Origin: Halocafeteria seosinensis
Taxonomy: Eukaryota
NCBI GenBank assembly: GCA_001687465.1
Contig: LVLI01000295.1
Span: 248,001-301,924 of the forward strand
Reading direction: 5' to 3'
DNA: 53,924 nucleotides
The position numbers and the translations under genes are program-made. The notes below the pieces were generated by a model that had not been told where the DNA came from, did no database searches, and saw only the letters and a list, made by a program, of their open reading frames with translations. The first letter of the stretch is position 1. Each line of letters starts with the position of its first letter. This document shows positions 47,801 to 53,924 of this stretch, one piece after another.

Positions 47801-49487
47801 ACTCTTCAAGAAGAATTGCATTCCGATCACCGAAGATGTTAGTGAAGAGGTTCATCAAATCTTTCTGATCCAGTATCCCGTATGAGAACAAATGCAGACA
47901 TTTCAAAAACTCTTCCCAGAGTTCATTACTGCCAAGTGCCGATTTTACCTTGGCAAAAAATTCTTCATCTGAAGGGGGCAGGCGCAGATGCATCGCTTCT
48001 TGAGAGCGCCGACGACGCTCTTCCTCCGCACTACGAGCAGATCTTCCTGGAGGAGCCCCAACCATGTGTTTCTCGCGCTCTATGCCATATTCTCTATCCA
48101 TTTCTCTGCAAAAAGACGTCGCGATGTCAAAAGAAAGGTAAACACATCGCAATTTGGAAACGTACCTATTTCGCTCCATTTCTCTAGCTGTTCGCGTTCT
48201 CACGTCAACGTAGCGATTATACTGCTCCTTAGCTTGTTGTCTATCATTCTCTCTGGCCATCTCACGATCTTGCTTTGCTTTCGTAGCAGCAGCTGCAGCC
48301 CTTGCGAGCCGCTCTCGTGCTTGGGTTTGCACAGCGTCCGGCAAGAAGTAGGTAAAGTCCTCCAGAAGGTCAGGATGTTCTCGAAATAGTCTAGTAACCT
48401 GCATGCCAAGAGGAGACAAGAAGTCCACGCACACAGTATGTAGGAAATCGTGCTGTAATTAACGTACTTTATCGAGAACTTCTTTTATAGACTCCTGCTG
48501 CTTTTGGTAACTGTGTAAAATTTCCAGAAAGTTGCGATAGGTGGTGGGATCATTCTGAAACCGTTTCTTGATCTTAGTCACGTAGTTAATCGCGTGATCA
48601 AACTCAGGAGGTTGAGCATCTTCCCTGTAAAATAGCATTGAAAGTGTAGAGGGCCACAAACACTCAACATGGAGTATCAGCCGGTATGAACACTCACCTT
48701 CCATCTCCTGTCGCTCCACCGCCTTGTGCATCACCAATATGGGGTTGAGCATTTGGGGGAGCACCTTCTGCATGCGGCATGCCTTGAGGAAAAGGCGGTC
48801 GTGCATGTTGCATTGGTTGCTGTTGCATCGGTACAGGATGTGGGGCGGGTTGCCGTTGCATTCTCGGCGGCGGTTGCTGAGCTTGCAAAGGTTGTTGCTG
48901 TGGTGGAGCCCTATGTGGCTCATAAGGCTGCTGTGGTGGAGAATTCGCATAATGTGGGGGCCGCGGGGGAGCCGTGGTAGGCATGTCAGATGTCACGGGC
49001 TGTCTTGGGTGAAAACTTTGCGTTCCACCACCTGGTTGAGATATGTGGGTCGTTCCGGCTTGATCTACAACTTCGATGCGGTAACCCGGTGGTAAGAATG
49101 TGTTAAATCCCACGATCAACTCATTGTGGCCTCGGAATAGCTCGCTGACACGACGGATAACTCCCGGCGTATCGATTCTGCAGAAGCATGTTTTGAGTTT
49201 AATCAACGCACATACAACACGTATTCTCTACGGATTGATTGCATACGTTTGTGCCTTGAAGTTCTTCATAATCTCGAGGAACTGGTTATAAATCTGGGGC
49301 TGTTGCGAAAACTGTCTCTTGACCTGCGGTAGGATAACCAAAAACTTCTCCTTTGCGACCCATCCAATGGTCACCATAATCTTTCCAATCTTACCTGATC
49401 CAGATATTCCAGCGCATCTTCCACCCTTAGCTGTTTGTGGCTCTGAGCGCCAGCGCCCCCACCATCGGGTTGCTGTGGTTGCGACAT
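44871..49487 (-). CDS. SIN3: Paired amphipathic helix protein SIN3 (HDAC co-repressor scaffold)
   Basis: PAH1 '[17 protein letters not shown]...[13 protein letters not shown]', PAH2 '[16 protein letters not shown]...[13 protein letters not shown]', PAH3, the HDAC-interaction domain 'CTPSYRRLP...[18 protein letters not shown]...[10 protein letters not shown]', and Sin3_C '[12 protein letters not shown]...YEDECR...YFLFTMDKL'. About six GT-AG introns. Confidence 0.96.
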
Positions 49488-50938
49488 CGCGAACCGTGAA
49501 CTTCACAAATCTTCTACTCCGGGTGTTTTACGTTATTCCCTGCAATGTACACGACAGCCAGTAGCCAAATAAAGTCAGGCCATGTTCAATATAGGTCTGC
49601 TCATTGTCCTGTCGCAGAGGTGGAACCGATCTACTTGGAAAAAGCTTCCAGACAAGTATCCTGGTCAGCGGGGAGGAGGGGGACGCAGCTTTCAACAAAA
49701 AGGGTTCTAGTCAGACCACAGGGGCGGCCGCAGGAGACAAGGAGACCACGGGGTACACTCCCTTCGGTGTTTTCCGCTCTACAGCACTTCTGTTTGAACC
49801 ATGGTCAATTTCTAAGCGCCACAGCCTCTGGTGTGGAGTGGTTTCCCCCCCATCCCCTCTGGCAATATTTTGGAGGTGCGTGGAAGTAATGAGCACCCAG
49901 TGGGAGTCCCTACTACCCCTAGAACGGAGAGATATCAGCGTTTCCGGTCTTGTTGAAATCACCCTCACAAAGCGCCACCAGACTCCAAAAGGCGATACAA
50001 CTCGCTCTCTCCGAAACAGAAGTGACTGTTGCTATACCCACTCCCCAGTGTAGCGACAGCAGACCAACATACCATCAAAGGGATTGCAAGGGGATAAGGA
50101 AGCGCCCTGTCTGGATGATACCTTGAGAAAAACGACTCACCCCTTCAACGCAAACGTACTCAGTACCAGTGAAATGCACGACAATGACACCCGCTTTCCA
50201 CTGAAGCGAGATATGTTTAGTTTCTCAATGCCAAATTCAACCCTTCCTTTCTATCTCCTCTGATGTGGCGGTTGAGAAAGAGAATCGTCGCACAGGGGGA
50301 AGGAGAACACCGACTCCTCCGTTGAACACAGGCGACCAGGGGTGGAGGACTACTTACAATTTATCCGGAAGAGAGGAAAAAACAGAAATTGGTTGAAATA
50401 CCGTATGTCGTTTACTCTCTACGATATCATTGGCCATCGTTGGGACAATCGTCAATCAACTACTGTTACCCGCTATATCACTCCCGGGACGAGAGCCTTC
50501 ACAAAGGGAAACGACAAACAAATGTTGGGCCATTATTCTTCAGCCTGAAGACTTCAGGAAAACGAAGTTATCGCCACCGAGAACGCAATGACGTAACAAA
50601 GGGGGATATTCTGTAATGGATTATAAACTCTTGCTACGATGCAACTTCGACCTTTGGCTAGAACCCTAGGAACTGATCAACACGTGACGCAAGCCCGCAT
50701 CGACTCAGCAAGCAAAAAGCAACACTAACCCAGTTCTAAACCCCTGAGTTTTCATCAGGGGAGCTCCCGATACTTGCAATTATTGGAAACGAATGAACCG
50801 GCAATTTCGGGTTCACAAGTTATTCAAATTTACACTCCTAGGGAATGAAAGGTTCAATACCAGCTCACTGCATAGGAGCTTGCGGATTCATCTTCATACT
50901 GCGATAACAATAGCATGAGACAATATGAACACGCGTGC

Positions 50939-51714
50939 TCAAGTCTGTTCCACTTCATTGCATACATACCCCACCGTGGGAGAGCCTTCATGCGTTCCCG
51001 GTACAAGGGTTGTTTTTATACGGCCACCCTCTCTTTCTAACAGGATGGATATTGCCCTTCCAATGGAGTTATTGACGATATGGCGTAAAGATGTGATATC
51101 GAACTTGTTATTTTCTGACACAGGAAGGGAGTTGCAAGTAGCCGAGCCAAACTGGAGTAACAGATCTCCCGCCTTGATCCCGGCACTCGATGCTGGACTG
51201 CCATCCTGCACATTCTCGATAGCTGCAAAAGGAACCACAACACTGTCATCTGTATGCTCTGTCGCACTTGATGCTATCGCTGATTGTGAATCTCTATTTT
51301 CGCCTCCTCTGGCGTCACTCGTAGTGGCTGTGGTTGCATTCCCGGACGGGTTCTCTCGAGCTAGTTCATGCAATTCATACAACTCCTTTTCGATGGTATT
51401 CATAATCGATTTGTGATCATTCTGTAGATATGCCACCCTCTGTCTGAGTTTTCTGGCCGCAGCGACATCAATGTCATTTCGAGGAAATCCATAGTCTGTG
51501 GAAGCCAATACCGATGTGTCGAGTGTGCAGAGACGGACGTCAATCGGAGTGGGATCGTACCATCTACAAGAGGATCATTTGGCTCAAATCGGACATTATT
51601 TTTCTCTCCAAGGTTGCGAAGGTCCTGGTGTATACTCTGAATTTGCCTCTCAATATCATCTTTTTCAGTCATCAATGACCTCAATTTCGATCTCTGAGCT
51701 TCTACAGCACTCAT
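50939..51714 (-). CDS. PSMD9: 26S proteasome assembly chaperone PSMD9/Nas2 (p27), PDZ domain
   Basis: Intron 51560-51496 gives 'DPLVDDYGFPRNDIDVAAARKLRQRVAYLQNDHKSIM'. PDZ segment 'PFAAIENVQDGSPASSAGIKAGDLLLQFG'. Confidence 0.93.
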
Positions 51715-52233
51715 CTCAGTACAAATGCCAGCAGCTCCAAGGACAAACCGAAAAAATACTGCACCGTGGTCGGGCTGCTTAACTATGGCAAATGAGAAAG
51801 ATAGTCTTACGACAATACACTGTAACTTAAAGCGTGCTACTAGACCAATACAATTGTGGTAGTATTAGTCTATTACCTCGAGACCCACTTCACACCTGTC
51901 GCTTTTGCAGACTACAAGGCGCGACTCGGAAGCACCAAACACACACAGACTTACAGTTTTTTTGTCAAATAGTTCTTGACAATTACGTAGTTGCAGTAGC
52001 CTGGGTCCCCAGACTTTAAAGCATTATTGGGGTAATACAAGCCGCGAACGAGAGTATAAAGATGTGGAGTGCGTTCGACCTTATGATGCTACAATGTTGT
52101 ACATTGTACCTCGTACAGTGCTAGAGCGCTATAGCGGAGGAAGAAAAAAAGAAGTTGCCCCTGTTCATTGCAGTATGTCCTGAAGCATGAAGATACCTAC
52201 TGATGGTACAAACCGCCCCAAAATCTATCCACG

Positions 52234-53379
52234 CTATGTAACGTGGAACACAGAAACTAAACTTGTCTGAATGGAGCCACAAGACCCTCGTTGGCTTGTC
52301 CCACAGTCCCACAGCAGTCTGAAGACGCCCGACAATCCCAATCCCATGATGCAATCTTCCAGCTTTAGTTTAGTGAAGGTGAGCGAGTAAGACTCTCTTG
52401 TGCAACTCAGGCTGATTTTAAGGACACCACTCAAACTCCGCAAGCTGGATAAACCGGATAGAGTGTCATACACAGAATCTGTCATCGTACATCTCTTCAC
52501 GCATAGTGCAGTTAAATTGGGCATATAGCGGAAGGCTGATCCAGTGATATTGAAACTGGATATACTTAATATTTTCAAGTTTGTTAAGTATGCCAACGCA
52601 GATTCTTCGATGGTTCTCTTCGAGCAGCCCAAATCTAACTCTGTCAGATTGCGCAAGCGATAAAAAGTGGCACCTGTAAGCCTGAAGTCACGCCAGAGGT
52701 CCAGCTTCAATGTTTCCAAATTTGACAGATGTAGGAGCACTGAGTCGTGGAGGTCATTGGCTTCCGGTGTACAGGTCACACGTAATGAAACTAATCCCGA
52801 CAAGTATTGAAAGGAGCTTTCGTGTATTGTGCCTGTGCCGCCATCACAATGGCAAATCTCCAAAGAAGTCAAGCGGGAGAACGCCTCTAAAGCAGAGTTG
52901 CTAATTGTCGAGCCGCAACAGTTTACGAGGCACAATGATTGCAAACTCGACGAATGACCGAATCCAGAATGAATCGTGCCGAAGTCACCTGAAATTTCCA
53001 GAGACGTCACATTAGCGACCCACGAGAGTGCTGAGATTGTAGGTCGTATGCCATCGAAGTAAACACATTTACTCGGAGGGAATCCATCCAGCCCTTCGCC
53101 TGTTATCATGTGAGAATCGGAATCAGAATCAGATTCTTCAGGGAAGGTGGGGCGGTTCCGACCAAAGAATACTCCACCTTCAAAATCTTCAATGAATGTG
53201 GGGCTTGAATTATCATTCCGACCAAAGAGCACCTTACCTTTAAAATTGGGATAGCGTTTCCAGACTGACTTCAATTCTTCTTTTTCTGTCGTTTTGGGAA
53301 CAGACAGAGACGTGGCCACCGCAGTTTGTCTACCCAGTCCACCGTAGCATCTGTGGGACCTGCAGCTACTGTTTTCCAA
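52234..53379 (-). pseudogene. Leucine-rich repeat gene, intronless, probably degenerate
   Basis: LRR units 'LEAFSRLTSLEI', 'FQYLSGLVSLRV', 'LLHLSNLETLKL', 'FYRLRNLTELDL', 'LAYLTNLKILSI' and 'FRYMPNLTALCV'. The ORF starts at a TTG, the upstream part appears to lie in another frame, and the C-terminus loses LRR register. Confidence 0.55.
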
Positions 53380-53469
53380 TAATACACAATGTTATCAATG
53401 CCACAGGGCATAAATCTCGAAAATTGGCGCCAGGTGGTCATATAGAGCTGGAAGACTTCCTGCGCTGGC

Positions 53470-53620
53470 GAATGTGGCGTGTTGCATGCCTTCAGGCTCC
53501 ACGACAAGCGGATCCTCGTCCACTGGAAGGGCTACCCAGAGGCAGCACGGAGGCTTCGTGGCTTCAGAAGGACCTGGGTAGCCGCACCTTCTTCGATCTC
53601 GAGCAGGAGATGTACTTCAA
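53470..53620 (+). pseudogene. Frameshifted chromodomain fragment in GC-rich sequence (possible mobile-element remnant)
   Basis: 'VLHAFRLHDKRILVHWKGYP' (frame of ORF 53479) continues as 'RGSTEASWLQKDL' (frame of ORF 53424). Together they give the chromodomain pattern LVxWKGY...xSW, split by a 1-nt frameshift near 53537. Confidence 0.55.
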
Positions 53621-53924
53621 TCTGGGCTATGATGACGAAAATGAGGTGGACGGAATTTCTGGGGAGCCACCTCCCGCGTCAGGTGGTGGCTTGTCATTGG
53701 TCACAACTGTTGCGTCGGGAACAACACTTCATCCTGCCTGCGCTGCTGCAACCGGTCTTGGCGTTGGCGCCGCTGAGCCTTGGGCTCAGGGTCTTCTCCT
53801 GCCAGACTGAGCCTTGTCGGTACCTCTGACATTGTGGGCGCAGGCATGGCTCCTCCCCCGATGCCTCCTGAGCTTAACCAGTGCTGTGTTCCCTCACGGC
53901 GCATGTCAGCAAGGCNGCAGGAAC

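Noticed and set aside
20861..48166. Several stop-free introns of length 3n (two in the coiled-coil gene, one in LAMTOR4, two in SIN3), suggesting programmed intron retention
   Set aside because: About 5 of roughly 40 short introns is close to chance expectation for 60-80-nt introns.
49545..50616. Short ORFs upstream of SIN3
   Set aside because: No motifs or coding-like composition; treated as intergenic.
50725..50775. Minus-strand CTGATGA inside the hairpin CCCCTGA-gttttca-TCAGGGG, suggesting a hammerhead ribozyme
   Set aside because: Stem II is followed by AGAAC rather than YGAAA, and I could not build stems I and III or a UH cleavage site.
50835..50875. GGTTCAATACC resembling a tRNA T-loop
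   Set aside because: No T-stem pairing or cloverleaf around it.
1..53924. Prokaryotic-type systems (CRISPR arrays, operons, defence islands) or an intact transposase/Fanzor ORF
   Set aside because: The window is spliced eukaryotic housekeeping DNA. I saw no spaced direct-repeat array and no RuvC, DDE or RT motifs.

Overview
Gene-dense nuclear DNA from a unicellular eukaryote, probably flagellated (two cilium-associated genes), with short GT-AG introns of mostly 60-100 nt. Many ORF-track entries are exon fragments or antisense shadows. I reconstructed about 22 spliced gene models by hand. In order: a spartin/senescence-domain protein (truncated by the window edge), an intronless methyltransferase+WW protein, a multi-pass membrane protein, a class II PRPP synthetase with a long N-terminal extension, SIRT4, a ~2,600-2,700 aa FN3 + coiled-coil protein with 147-bp internal repeats, LAMTOR4, a probable mitochondrial membrane protein, PPP1R42, a BAG6-like UBL protein, a GT8 glycosyltransferase, a TPM-domain protein, RWDD4, a small coiled-coil protein, ubiquilin, MO25/CAB39, a hypothetical membrane protein, PDIA6, a CFAP107-like protein, SIN3, PSMD9 and a probably decaying LRR gene. 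Non-genic signals are a ~410-bp MITE-like element with (TG)n-containing inverted repeats, two unusually long structured ubiquilin introns (snoRNA candidates) and a GC-rich frameshifted chromodomain fragment at the window end. I found no tRNA, rRNA, CRISPR array or intact transposase, and nothing that is clearly a new multi-gene system. All family assignments come from motif recognition by eye, not database searches.
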